Of a stretch of DNA of 64,000 bases, positions 50,144 through 59,692 are shown piece after piece. The DNA comes from Candidatus Omnitrophota bacterium. GTDB lineage: Bacteria > Omnitrophota > Gorgyraeia > Gygaellales > Profunditerraquicolaceae. The translations under genes were made by a program, and so were the position numbers. Each line of letters starts with the position of its first letter. Within the stretch, counting starts at the first letter, position 1. The notes under the pieces were generated by a model, which saw only the letters and a list, made by a program, of their open reading frames with translations, made no database searches and had not been told where the DNA came from. The DNA is taken from assembly GCA_041653955.1 (NCBI GenBank), contig JBAZEH010000001.1, positions 53,342 to 117,341 of the forward strand. Direction: 5' to 3'.

Positions 50144-51100
50144 TTATCTGCAATGCGTCACATCCCCGGCCATTACCTTATGTATGAGGCCTGAGTCATT
50201 ACGCACCAGGAGCCCTCCGTCTTCATCTATATCCACAGCATGGCCTTCGATATGCTCGTTGCTAAACGCCACCTTTATCCTCCTGCCGAGGCTCAAATTC
50301 CACTCGCGCCATTTTTCTATTATCGGGCGGCTCCCTTTCTTCTGAAATATAAGGTAATTGTCTTCTATCCTGCGCAATATCTCCTGCAATAACTCCACGC
50401 GGCTTATATCTTCGGCGGCCTGTTCTTTTAAGGATGTTGCCCCTGCAGGAAGGTTTTTCTTGTCATTGTTAACATTCAATCCTACACCCACGACTACAAA
50501 ACGGCTCATATCGGTCTCGGCGTTCAACTCGGTCAATATGCCGCCTAATTTTTTATGGTGTATCAATATATCGTTCGGCCATTTTATCCGGCAGGATAAA
50601 GCCGTCTTCTCCTTTATTGCTTCACATACCCCGACCGCAGCCATCAGGGTAAGCAGGGGTGTCCGGTTAGGGGGGATATTAGGCCTTAATATTAAAGACA
50701 TATATATACCTTTGTATTTCGGAGATGACCATTCCCTCCCAAGCCTCCCTCTTCCTTTTGCCTGGGACTCAGCCAGTATAATGGACCCTTCGGGAGCCCC
50801 TCCCAGGGCCAGCTTTAAAGCGCTGTCCATAGTTGAAGAGAGTGCGTCAAAATAGTATATCTTTTTCCCGATGATCCCTGTATTTAAGCGGCTGCTCACC
50901 TCCGAAGGGAATAACCTGTCGGGGCATGATACGAGCTTATAGCCAAGGTGAGGAACGGCTACGATCTCGTAACCGTGCTCTTTAAGGGCGTGGATATGTT
51001 TCCAAAGCGCCTGGCGCGTTATCCCGAGGCGATGGCTTAACTGATCGCCTGAGACATAATCCTCTTTTCTTTTTAAGAAATCGATTATCTTATCATTCAT
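50144..51100 (-). CDS. birA: Bifunctional biotin-protein ligase / biotin operon repressor.
   Basis: N-terminal wHTH (LSHRLGITRQALWKHI) plus biotin-protein ligase (BPL) catalytic domain (GRGRLGREW). Confidence 0.85.
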   Translation of the reverse strand: MNDKIIDFLKRKEDYVSGDQLSHRLGITRQALWKHIHALKEHGYEIVAVPHLGYKLVSCPDRLFPSEVSSRLNTGIIGKKIYYFDALSSTMDSALKLALGGAPEGSIILAESQAKGRGRLGREWSSPKYKGIYMSLILRPNIPPNRTPLLTLMAAVGVCEAIKEKTALSCRIKWPNDILIHHKKLGGILTELNAETDMSRFVVVGVGLNVNNDKKNLPAGATSLKEQAAEDISRVELLQEILRRIEDNYLIFQKKGSRPIIEKWREWNLSLGRRIKVAFSNEHIEGHAVDIDEDGGLLVRNDSGLIHKVMAGDVTHCR

Positions 51101-51102
51101 AT

Positions 51103-52266
51103 TTATTTCTTTTCATAAAGGGGGGACATGCGGCGCAATTTATCAACTATCCCGGGCAGGTACTCCAAGAGGGAATCAATATCCTCCTTCTTTGTCCATC
51201 TGCCCAGCGTTACCCTTAATGAGCCGTGGGCTATCTCATGGGAAAGCCCTATCGCCAACAATACATGAGATGGTTCCAAAGAGGTGGAAGTGCAGGCAGA
51301 ACCCGTGGACGCGGCTATCCCCAGCATATCCAGGTTAAGCAGGATAGATTCTCCTTCTATATACTTGATGGAGAAATTAACGTTATTAGGGAGCCGTTGT
51401 GTGGGGTGCCCGTTCAGGTATACTTCGGGGATCTTATCTTTTATCTCGTTGATCGTTCTGTCGCGTAATGACGCTAAAAATATGGCTTCATCTTTCATCT
51501 TCTCCCGGCATAATTCTATAGCCTTTCCTGTCCCCACAATACCGGGAGTATTATGGGTAGAGGCCCGGCGGCCATTCTCCTGGTCCCCGCCCCTCAAGAA
51601 ACTCTCTAACCGCGTCCCCTTCCTTATATAGAGGGCGCCTGCGCCTTTAGGCCCGTAGAATTTATGGGCCGACAGGGATAAGAGGTCAACGTTCAGATCA
51701 TTTACGTTTACAGGTATATGCCCTACCGTCTGGACCGCATCGGTATGAAAATATACCCCTTTTCCCCGCGCGATCTTACCAATCTCGGCAATGGGTTGTA
51801 TCGTGCCTATCTCATTATTTGCGTGCATAACAGAGATCAACACAGTCTTGTCGGTAATAGCTTTCTTTATGTCATCGGGAGAGACCAGGCCATATTTATC
51901 AACTCCGATATAGGTAACCTTAAATCCCCTCTTTTCCAGCAGCTTGCAGGGCTCGGCTATGGCGTGGTGTTCAATCGCCGTAGTAATGATATGGTTACCC
52001 TTATCCTCCCTGGCATAGGCCGTGCCATAAACCGCGTAATTATTGGATTCCGTCCCCCCCGAAGTAAATACTATCTCTCCCGGAGCCGCCCCCAGAAATG
52101 AAGCGAGCTCATTACGCGCCTCCTCTATCGCCCCCTTTGCCTCCTGGCCAAAAGAATGGATACTGGATGGATTGCCGAACTTTTCAAAACAATACGGCTC
52201 CATCGCCTTTGAAACTTCGGGGTCGCAGGGTGCTGTAGCGGCATAATCCAAATATACCCTTTTCAT
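51103..52266 (-). CDS. nifS: Cysteine desulfurase (NifS/IscS class).
   Basis: SLSAHKFYGPKGAGALY PLP-lysine motif; ASTGSACTS active-site loop. Confidence 0.85.
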   Translation of the reverse strand: MKRVYLDYAATAPCDPEVSKAMEPYCFEKFGNPSSIHSFGQEAKGAIEEARNELASFLGAAPGEIVFTSGGTESNNYAVYGTAYAREDKGNHIITTAIEHHAIAEPCKLLEKRGFKVTYIGVDKYGLVSPDDIKKAITDKTVLISVMHANNEIGTIQPIAEIGKIARGKGVYFHTDAVQTVGHIPVNVNDLNVDLLSLSAHKFYGPKGAGALYIRKGTRLESFLRGGDQENGRRASTHNTPGIVGTGKAIELCREKMKDEAIFLASLRDRTINEIKDKIPEVYLNGHPTQRLPNNVNFSIKYIEGESILLNLDMLGIAASTGSACTSTSLEPSHVLLAIGLSHEIAHGSLRVTLGRWTKKEDIDSLLEYLPGIVDKLRRMSPLYEKK

Positions 52267-53105
52267 CGTTTTATCACCTCATTTAAGCTGCCTGTGCGGT
52301 AACCTTGCAGATCTACAGTTATATAATTATATCCTAACTTTTTTAGTTTTTCTACTATCTCCTTATCCCGTCCGATAAGGCGCCTTATATCCTTCCTCGG
52401 CACCTCGATGCGGCATAGGCCGTTGTAGTGCCTCAACCTCACCTGGAGAAAACCGGATTTTCTTAAAAAGTTTTCTGCGCTGTTTACTCTTTCCAGAAGA
52501 GGCGCCGTTATCTTTACGCCGTAAGGGATACGGGAAGCAAGACAGGCCATAGCGGGCTTATCCCAGGTAACCAGCCCCAGTTTCCTGCTCAATGACCTGA
52601 TATCGCCTTTGTTAAATCCTGCCTCTTCAAGGGGAGAACGCACCCCCGACTGTTTCCTGGCTTTGCTCCCGGGGCGGAAATCACCTCTATCCGATACACT
52701 GCTGGCATCTGCCACAAAATCCAATTTTGATTTTTTTGCAATATCCGCAAGCCTGCGGAAAAGCTCTCTTTTACAGAAATAGCAGCGTTTAATAGTGTTC
52801 GCGGTAAAATTCCTGTCTTCTAGTTCACGGGTTTTGATCAACTTATGCCTTACGTCAAGGGCGCGCGCGATCTTCCTGGATAATAACAGTTCCTCTTTGG
52901 GGTAAGTTGCCGAATAAGCGGTAACCGCGAGGATCTTGTCCTTAGGTAATACCATCGAAGCTGCCTTAAGCAATAAAGTGCTGTCTGCCCCGGCGGAAAA
53001 AGCAATCAGAACGGACCGCATACCCGAAATTATATCCCTAAGCCGCCTTTCCTTGTCTCTTAATTCCATCGTTAAAACCGCACTTCCATCGCACGCGTGG
53101 GGCAT
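52263..53105 (-). CDS. PP-loop ATP pyrophosphatase of the LarE/TIGR00268 type (putative sulfur transferase).
   Basis: FSAGADSTLLL PP-loop variant; conserved CYFCK region. Confidence 0.6.
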   Translation of the reverse strand: MPHACDGSAVLTMELRDKERRLRDIISGMRSVLIAFSAGADSTLLLKAASMVLPKDKILAVTAYSATYPKEELLLSRKIARALDVRHKLIKTRELEDRNFTANTIKRCYFCKRELFRRLADIAKKSKLDFVADASSVSDRGDFRPGSKARKQSGVRSPLEEAGFNKGDIRSLSRKLGLVTWDKPAMACLASRIPYGVKITAPLLERVNSAENFLRKSGFLQVRLRHYNGLCRIEVPRKDIRRLIGRDKEIVEKLKKLGYNYITVDLQGYRTGSLNEVIKR

Positions 53106-53479
53106 ATCTTAACGCAAAGTTCGCAGGCGATGCATTTATTGTCGTAAAAAAGCACCTTGCGCGTAATAGGGTCAACTACCAGCGCCCCGGTAGGGCATAT
53201 AGGGACACATGCCCCGCAATCCGTGCATTTGCTTTGATTACGGATAACATCCTGGCTTAACGGTTGTATCCTTACGCCGCATGACTGCAGATATTCCACG
53301 CCTTTTTTGAAATTATCCTCTTTACCGGTTAACTCCAGGACCATGAGCCCCTCTTCCTGCGGAGTCACGTAGGCCTTGAGGATATTAAACTGCAGGTCAT
53401 ACTCCTTGACCAGCTTATAAACGATCGGCTGATCAACCAAACGATGAGGAAAATGTAACACTATCCTTTTTGATGGCAT
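53072..53479 (-). CDS. NIL-domain 2x[4Fe-4S] ferredoxin (MA1822-like).
   Basis: N-terminal NIL domain (… LQFNILKAYV …) plus CTDCGACVPICP and CIACELCVKICP. Confidence 0.7.
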   Translation of the reverse strand: MPSKRIVLHFPHRLVDQPIVYKLVKEYDLQFNILKAYVTPQEEGLMVLELTGKEDNFKKGVEYLQSCGVRIQPLSQDVIRNQSKCTDCGACVPICPTGALVVDPITRKVLFYDNKCIACELCVKICPTRAMEVRF

Positions 53480-53494
53480 CTCTATTTCTCCTTG

Positions 53495-54697
53495 CTAAAC
53501 TATCGGCCTTTCTTTTAACGCCTTAAAAGTATACCCTGAATCCGCCTGCGGTAAGGGAGCGACCGGCTCAGTAAGAAGAAAATCCCCTTTCCTGATCCAT
53601 AATTTCAGCTCCTCGGCTATATCCCGCGCCTTGGAATAACTGGAAAGGCTGCCCGTAGGCACCTGTTTCCCGCGCACTGTAATAGTGCCGGATTTTAACT
53701 GCGCGTAGTTTACTTCAGCGAGGCTGCCGGCAACCATTTGCGGGTATGCCTCGGAATAATCCACTACCTGCGTGTAAAGGTCTTCGTCACGTATTGCGGC
53801 ATATTTAACTGTTTCTTCATCCAACACGGGTATTGGGACACCGATACCAACGATCAGGGTCACGCCATATCCCAGCATGCTTGTCCCTACCAGCCACTCC
53901 GGCTTCATCTGTTTCAGGTCTCCTATAACAGCAATAGTGCCCGCGGGGGCCTGCGGCGCGCCATTCTCTTTCCTTTTAACGGCGGGGTTATGCTGCGTGC
54001 CGTGCCAAGCGATATAGCCCACGCCTCCTCCTAAAAATATCTTTGTGCCGACACCCAACGTCTTATAATACGGGTCCTTTAAGAGCGGTGAGAGCTGCCC
54101 CGCGGAACAATAGTTGGCGTTCCCCAGTCTCGGCTTGAGGGCACCCATATAAGTATAGATCATCTTATCCGATAAGTTGACCGCCACATTATAATTCTGG
54201 TAGCAATTGCGGATATTGAACAGGACCGCCTCATTCAGGTTTTTGATATTCAGCAGCGTCTCCAGCTTCTTTCGGGGATAACAATCCGTGCCGTAAGCCG
54301 CAGCCTCCAATCTCACGTCGCGGCCGGATACTATATCATGGATAACATGGCCCCCACCATATTTGAATTCGCCAGGAAATACCTTATTAAGCGGATCATC
54401 ATCAGGCACGGCTGTCGCGCCCAGATAAAAATCCACTGCCGCAAAACCTGTATAGGCAGGCACGTCATTTACCTTGCATGAACCTCCCCCTATCTTGATC
54501 CTCGGTTTTGAATGCCCTACATTAAAATATGCCCCGCTTGAGCACATCGGCCCGAAGGTGCCGGTAGTAACTACATCCACTTCTTGCGCGGCTTTCTTCG
54601 CGCCCTTCCTGCCGACTAAATCGATTATCTCTTCGGCGGTCACGACTACTGCCTCGCCTTTTTTTATCTTCGCGTTTATCTCTTTTATGCTCTTCAC
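53495..54697 (-). CDS. COG1900/DUF39 protein (MA1821-like, implicated in sulfide-dependent homocysteine biosynthesis).
   Basis: N-terminus MKSIKEINAKIKKGEAVVVTAEEIIDL … TGTFGPMCSSGA; adjacent to a NIL-ferredoxin as in methanogens. Confidence 0.55.
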   Translation of the reverse strand: MKSIKEINAKIKKGEAVVVTAEEIIDLVGRKGAKKAAQEVDVVTTGTFGPMCSSGAYFNVGHSKPRIKIGGGSCKVNDVPAYTGFAAVDFYLGATAVPDDDPLNKVFPGEFKYGGGHVIHDIVSGRDVRLEAAAYGTDCYPRKKLETLLNIKNLNEAVLFNIRNCYQNYNVAVNLSDKMIYTYMGALKPRLGNANYCSAGQLSPLLKDPYYKTLGVGTKIFLGGGVGYIAWHGTQHNPAVKRKENGAPQAPAGTIAVIGDLKQMKPEWLVGTSMLGYGVTLIVGIGVPIPVLDEETVKYAAIRDEDLYTQVVDYSEAYPQMVAGSLAEVNYAQLKSGTITVRGKQVPTGSLSSYSKARDIAEELKLWIRKGDFLLTEPVAPLPQADSGYTFKALKERPIV

Positions 54698-54716
54698 CGA
54701 AATCCCTCCTTGATAC

Positions 54717-54938
54717 CTATATAGCGATCACTTCTTTTATCCCCGGGACCTCTTCTTTTAATACTTTCTCAACCCCCATCTTCAAGGTCATCTGGCTCAT
54801 AGGGCAGCAGCCGCAGCTACCGGTAAGCTTTAATTTTACTACGCCCTCCGGGGTAATCTCCACCAATTCTACATTACCGCCGTCCGCCATCAACATGGGG
54901 CGGATCTTATCTAACGCCTGCTCTACTTTTTCTTTCAT
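54717..54938 (-). CDS. NifU-like (Nfu-type) Fe-S cluster carrier domain protein.
   Basis: [14 protein letters not shown] … GSCGCCPMS CxxC motif. Confidence 0.75.
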   Translation of the reverse strand: MKEKVEQALDKIRPMLMADGGNVELVEITPEGVVKLKLTGSCGCCPMSQMTLKMGVEKVLKEEVPGIKEVIAI

Positions 54939-54960
54939 TTCCCCTCCTCCTCACTATATC

Positions 54961-55884
54961 CTATTGCTTGAATAGATCCGTACTCAGATACCTTTCTCCC
55001 GTATCCGGCAATATCACGACCACAAGTTTACCCTTGTTCTCCTTACGCCTTGCCACATCAAGCGCGGCAAAGATAGCGGCCCCTGACGAGATCCCTGCCA
55101 AAATACCCTCCTTCTTTGCCAGATCCTTGGCTGTAGCCAGGGCATCTTCATTAGAAACCTGGATTACCTCATCAACGATCTTTATATTCAATACTTCAGG
55201 CAGGAACCCTGCCCCGATACCCTGGATCTTGTGCGGCCCGGGTTTTCCTCCGGATAATACCGGGGAATCCTTCGGTTCAACCCCGATGACATTGAACGCG
55301 GGATTCCTGGACTTAAGGACCTCGCCTACTCCGGTAATAGTGCCTCCGGTGCCTATACCTGCTACCAGAATATCTGCTTTTCCCTCGGTATCACTCCATA
55401 TTTCTTCTGCCGTGCCCTTACGGTGCGCCCCGGGATTCGCCGGGTTCCTGAACTGCTGCGGCATAAAATAACGTTTATCGCTTTTGACTAACTCTTCGGC
55501 CTTCCTCACTGCTCCCGTCATACCCTCTGAACCGGGAGTCAGGATTATCTTAACTCCGAACGCGGATAAAAGCTGGCGGCGCTCAATACTCATCGTCTCC
55601 GGCATAGTCAAAACCAGTTTATACCCCTTAACCGCGCAGACAAAAGCCAACGCGATACCCGTATTTCCGGAAGTCGGCTCTACGATCACCGTCTCCTTCC
55701 CGATCTTTCCTTCCCTCTCGGCTGCCTCTATCATACCCAGGCCTATCCTGTCTTTTACGGAAGAGCAGGGATTATAAAATTCTAACTTAGCCGCTACGGC
55801 AGCCACGCAGCCCTCGGCGATCCTGTTCAGCCGCACTAAAGGCGTATTGCCGATAAGTTCTGTGATATCGTTAGCGATCTTCAT
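54961..55884 (-). CDS. cysK: Cysteine synthase (O-acetylserine sulfhydrylase).
   Basis: IGNTPLVRL … SSVKDRI PLP-lysine motif … GTGGTITG. Confidence 0.85.
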   Translation of the reverse strand: MKIANDITELIGNTPLVRLNRIAEGCVAAVAAKLEFYNPCSSVKDRIGLGMIEAAEREGKIGKETVIVEPTSGNTGIALAFVCAVKGYKLVLTMPETMSIERRQLLSAFGVKIILTPGSEGMTGAVRKAEELVKSDKRYFMPQQFRNPANPGAHRKGTAEEIWSDTEGKADILVAGIGTGGTITGVGEVLKSRNPAFNVIGVEPKDSPVLSGGKPGPHKIQGIGAGFLPEVLNIKIVDEVIQVSNEDALATAKDLAKKEGILAGISSGAAIFAALDVARRKENKGKLVVVILPDTGERYLSTDLFKQ

Positions 55885-55892
55885 ATATTCTG

Positions 55893-56333
55893 TTATATCT
55901 GGTATACTAACGCAGAATTCAGGTTCTTATTTTTCTTCAGTATATCTTCAAAGGTAATATTGTCAATAATACGATTGGTGCTTTCGGATACCTTGCGCCA
56001 TATATCCCTGAAAACGCACCTGTTTATATCACTGCAGCCTTTGTACCCTCTGCCAACACAGGCGATCGGCTCAATAGGCCCGTCAACAAACTTGATCACC
56101 TCCCCCAGTTTTATCTCTGAAGGTTTTCTGGCTAGAAGGTAACCGCCGACCTTTCCGCGCCTGCTCTCCACAAAACCTCCTCTTTTTAAATCAAGGAGTA
56201 TCTGCTCCAGGAACTTTATCGGTATATCCGCCTGTTTAGCCAGCTCATTAATAGTCACAGGTCCGCTCTGGGAGTGCGAAGCCAGGCCCAGGATCGTTTT
56301 TAAAGCGTAATCTCCTCTATAAGTTATTCTCAT
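55893..56333 (-). CDS. Rrf2-family transcriptional regulator (IscR/CymR-like) with three Cys.
   Basis: wHTH … [22 protein letters not shown] … C-x-C cluster ligands. Confidence 0.8.
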   Translation of the reverse strand: MRITYRGDYALKTILGLASHSQSGPVTINELAKQADIPIKFLEQILLDLKRGGFVESRRGKVGGYLLARKPSEIKLGEVIKFVDGPIEPIACVGRGYKGCSDINRCVFRDIWRKVSESTNRIIDNITFEDILKKNKNLNSALVYQI

Positions 56334-56403
56334 ATGTTTTTACCCTATAATCTCTATTATAATAGTAGAGTATACCTTAAAAAAAATATTTGTCAAGTAT
56401 TTT

Positions 56404-57363
56404 CTAACTCAATAAAATTTTGGCCCTCGCCAAAAGCTCATTCATGGATCCTTGATCATTAGGGATAACGCAACCGGCAATATCAAAATGGCCTCCGCCA
56501 TTATAATACTCGGCAACAGCCGCGATATTGATCTTCCCTTTTGACCTCAGGCTGACCCTTAAAGTCCTCTTATCCTTCTCCCTGAACAGGGCCACTATCT
56601 CCACTCCCTGGATGGCGCGTATCTCATCGGCAACGGCATCTATATCCTCATCTTTGCCTTTTATGGAATCAAAATCTTTCTTCCTTATAACCGACCAGGC
56701 GAGCTTGCCCCCCTTAGCGAATTTGCATCTTGCCAGGCTTATGCCTGTTAATACCGCGCTTTCTTTGGTGCGGGACCAGAATATCATATCTACCAGCTTA
56801 TAAAAATCCACACCCTTTTTTATCAGTTCCGCGCAGATCTTGAAAGTAACGGGCCTGACATTAGGAAGCCTGAACGAATTCGTCTCCACGATGACCGAGG
56901 TCAGCAGGTTTTGGGCTATATCGCTGTCTATATCCACTTTTAATCTTTTAAGGAGCATATAAACAAGCTCCCCCACCGCAGCCGCCTTATAATCCACCAG
57001 GAACAGGTTGCCGAAAGGGCGCTTGAATTCATGGTGGTCTATCTCCAGTATATCTTTTGACCTTTTAACTATATTATAGGCCCTGCCCAGGACTTCTTTA
57101 TTGCTGCAATCAACGGCTATAGCAAGGTCGGCTGTTTTATCCGTATGCCTTACAATACGGTTTGCCCCGGGAAGGAACCTGTATCTTGACGGGACACCGT
57201 CAGCGCTGACCATATATACGCGCTTACCCATCTTCTCCATTGCCAGGCCCAGGGACAAAAGAGACCCTATAGAATCACCGTCGGGATTGATATGCCCGGT
57301 AATGACTATCTGTTTTGCTTTTTCGATCTTCGCTTTTACAGCCTTAAAATTGAGCTTCATCAA
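56404..57363 (-). CDS. nrnA: DHH/DHHA1 phosphoesterase (NrnA-like nanoRNase / pAp phosphatase).
   Basis: ITGHINPDGDSIGS … DHH … GGGH motifs. Confidence 0.75.
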   Translation of the reverse strand: MMKLNFKAVKAKIEKAKQIVITGHINPDGDSIGSLLSLGLAMEKMGKRVYMVSADGVPSRYRFLPGANRIVRHTDKTADLAIAVDCSNKEVLGRAYNIVKRSKDILEIDHHEFKRPFGNLFLVDYKAAAVGELVYMLLKRLKVDIDSDIAQNLLTSVIVETNSFRLPNVRPVTFKICAELIKKGVDFYKLVDMIFWSRTKESAVLTGISLARCKFAKGGKLAWSVIRKKDFDSIKGKDEDIDAVADEIRAIQGVEIVALFREKDKRTLRVSLRSKGKINIAAVAEYYNGGGHFDIAGCVIPNDQGSMNELLARAKILLS

Positions 57364-57368
57364 AAGGT

Positions 57369-58271
57369 TTATTTACGTTGGGCCAAATACCTGAACGCGC
57401 TTAACGCGGCCTTAGAGCCCTCGCCCGCGGCGATAATGATCTGTTTCTCGGGGAGGTCGGTAACATCCCCGGCTGCGAATATGCCGGGAATATTCGTTTC
57501 ATTACGGAAATTTACTTTTATCTCATTGTATTGGTTTCTTTCTATATCCCCTGCAAACTCCGAGTTCGGTATAAGGCCTATCTCTATGAATACGCCCTGC
57601 ACATCCAGCTGGCCATCTTCGCCTTCTTTTTCTATCTTTATGGCACTTACCATCTTCTCTCCCAATACGGCAGTTACCCGCGTATTATTAAAAACGGAAA
57701 CTGCACTGCTCTGCGTTACCTTATCCCTCATAACAGCGTCCCCGCCCAGCGCCCCGGTAATATTGATAATATATACATGTTTGGCTATCCTGATCAATTG
57801 CAGAGCCGCGTCTAAAGCGGAGTTGCCTCCGCCGATAACCGCGACATCCCTGCCGGAGAATAAAGGCCCGTCACAGGTAGCGCAATAGGTCAGGCCTTGA
57901 TTCTTGAACTCTTTCTCTCCGGGGACATTCAGCTCCTTTGACCTTTTACCTGAGGCGATAATAACGGTCGCGGCCTCATAAGAGCCTTTATCGCTCGTAA
58001 CCACTATCTTATCGCCTGTTTTCTTAAGGCCTGAAACCAGTTCATTTTCCTTCAGCGCGATATTGAACTTACGCATATGCTCTTCAAATTTTGACGCAAG
58101 TTCCGGGCCAGTTATAAACTGATAACCGGTATAATTCTCTATATCACCGCTCCATGCTGCCTGGCCGCCTATATCCTTACTTATAACCAGGAACTCCATC
58201 TTCCTGCGGGCAGCGTAGACTGCCGCGGTTATGCCTGCGGGGCCGGCGCCGATAATAATCAAGTCATACAT
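57369..58271 (-). CDS. trxB: Thioredoxin reductase.
   Basis: GAGPAG FAD motif; redox-active CATCDG. Confidence 0.85.
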   Translation of the reverse strand: MYDLIIIGAGPAGITAAVYAARRKMEFLVISKDIGGQAAWSGDIENYTGYQFITGPELASKFEEHMRKFNIALKENELVSGLKKTGDKIVVTSDKGSYEAATVIIASGKRSKELNVPGEKEFKNQGLTYCATCDGPLFSGRDVAVIGGGNSALDAALQLIRIAKHVYIINITGALGGDAVMRDKVTQSSAVSVFNNTRVTAVLGEKMVSAIKIEKEGEDGQLDVQGVFIEIGLIPNSEFAGDIERNQYNEIKVNFRNETNIPGIFAAGDVTDLPEKQIIIAAGEGSKAALSAFRYLAQRK

Positions 58272-58276
58272 ATTAC

Positions 58277-58513
58277 TTATATCCCCAATGCTGTTTTTAT
58301 TCTTTCTTTGTCAAATCCTACAATGATATCGCCTTCGATATCCAGGACAGGGACCCCCATCTGGCCGGATACGCGCATCATCTCCTCTGCAGCGGCCTGA
58401 TCCCCTGAAACATTAATATCCTGAAAAACTATATTACTCTCTTTAAGAAATTGTTTAGCCCGGATACAGTATGGACAGGTGGGGGTGCTGTAAACTTTTA
58501 CATTTTTAGCCAT
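58277..58513 (-). CDS. Glutaredoxin-like protein.
   Basis: VYSTPTCPYCIRAK CPYC active site; 78 aa. Confidence 0.8.
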   Translation of the reverse strand: MAKNVKVYSTPTCPYCIRAKQFLKESNIVFQDINVSGDQAAAEEMMRVSGQMGVPVLDIEGDIIVGFDKERIKTALGI

Positions 58514-58524
58514 CTCTTCTCCTC

Positions 58525-59001
58525 TTAAAGGGTAGTTTTCAATTCCTGGAGCTGTTTTAAGTGGCCTTTCTCCTGCGCGATCACTTCGTCCACGATCTTA
58601 TGGCCGTCCGCGGGGACCACCTTCTTCATCCCCTCATAGAAAGTTATAGAATCTTCTTCCGCCTTTATGCCTATACCTATCGCTTCCTGGTCGCTCTTTA
58701 CTTTGGCCGCTATCTCTATACCCTTATCCTTCTGAGTAAATACGCTCCCCTCGGCAAGCGAGCTCATATAGGCGAAATATTCACCCGGATACGCCTCGGC
58801 AGGTTCATATTTTTCTATTGCCCCGAGCAACTCCTGAAAAACCTTCATATGTTCTTCCTCCTGGGACGCGAGGTAATCAAATATCTTTTTTGAATCTTCA
58901 TTCCTGGATTGTTTGGACAGAGTGCCGTAAAAATCTCTCCCGTTCTTTTCGATCTGGATACCTATTTCCACTATTTCGCTTGCGGCAAATATATTCCCCA
59001 T
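58525..59001 (-). CDS. Ferritin-like/rubrerythrin-like diiron domain protein (no rubredoxin domain).
   Basis: ExxH-type pairs (QEEEHMKV … EKGH). Confidence 0.5.
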   Translation of the reverse strand: MGNIFAASEIVEIGIQIEKNGRDFYGTLSKQSRNEDSKKIFDYLASQEEEHMKVFQELLGAIEKYEPAEAYPGEYFAYMSSLAEGSVFTQKDKGIEIAAKVKSDQEAIGIGIKAEEDSITFYEGMKKVVPADGHKIVDEVIAQEKGHLKQLQELKTTL

Positions 59002-59014
59002 ATCTTACACTCCT

Positions 59015-59476
59015 TTATTTTAGATGGCGCGGCGTAAGGTCAACTATATCCTCAACTTCCATAGTGATCATGTATTTTGGCTTCGGGAGAAGAATCTCGG
59101 GGTGCCTGGGATGCCCCCTCTCTTCCCGTATATTCTTCAAAAGCCTCTGCGTTAACCTGCTGGTGATCCTGGCTTCCCACGCCTTGATAATATCAGGCTT
59201 AAGCTCTCCTTCCGGGGTTATCAAGGCCTTGCCCTTAAGGCAATAACCTGTAAATTTATGTTCATCTATGGCCGTAATTGCCATGCCGGGGTCCCTCCTG
59301 AGGTTCTCGTATGTGAAACCGTGGTAAAGGTCAAGAAGATAGACCCTGCCGTTACTGGTTATGTCTATTATCCCCTTGCAGGAACTGTGGGGGAAACCGT
59401 TCCTATCCACGGTAGAGACAATAACGCACCCCTGTTTATGAAAAAACCTGATTATCGATTCACTTAATCTTTTCAT
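59015..59476 (-). CDS. Pyridoxamine 5'-phosphate oxidase-like FMN-binding split-barrel protein.
   Basis: PNPOx-like fold pattern; 153 aa. Confidence 0.55.
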   Translation of the reverse strand: MKRLSESIIRFFHKQGCVIVSTVDRNGFPHSSCKGIIDITSNGRVYLLDLYHGFTYENLRRDPGMAITAIDEHKFTGYCLKGKALITPEGELKPDIIKAWEARITSRLTQRLLKNIREERGHPRHPEILLPKPKYMITMEVEDIVDLTPRHLK

Positions 59477-59515
59477 ATTCTTGCCGTAACAGATTATATC
59501 ACAGTTATCAGTTCC

Positions 59516-59692
59516 TTACCGCATCAATTCCACTATTTTCTTCTCAATCAGCAGCTTATGCTTTGCCTCTTCCTGCGAGAGAAAAAGAAAAATATCCTTC
59601 GCCGCCGGAAAATCATTCATAAATTTATCATACATATCTTTTGCCTCTACTTCCTTTGATAATGCCAGCCGCAACGCCTCTATCGGTCCCAT
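59516..59692 (-). CDS. Small (~58 aa) ferritin-like helical ORF, not in the ORF track. Its ATG overlaps the fprA stop (TAATG).
   Basis: Manual translation gives MGPIEALRLALSKEVEAKDMYDKFMNDFPAAKDIFLFLSQEEAKHKLLIEKKIVELMR. Confidence 0.4.
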   Translation of the reverse strand: MGPIEALRLALSKEVEAKDMYDKFMNDFPAAKDIFLFLSQEEAKHKLLIEKKIVELMR

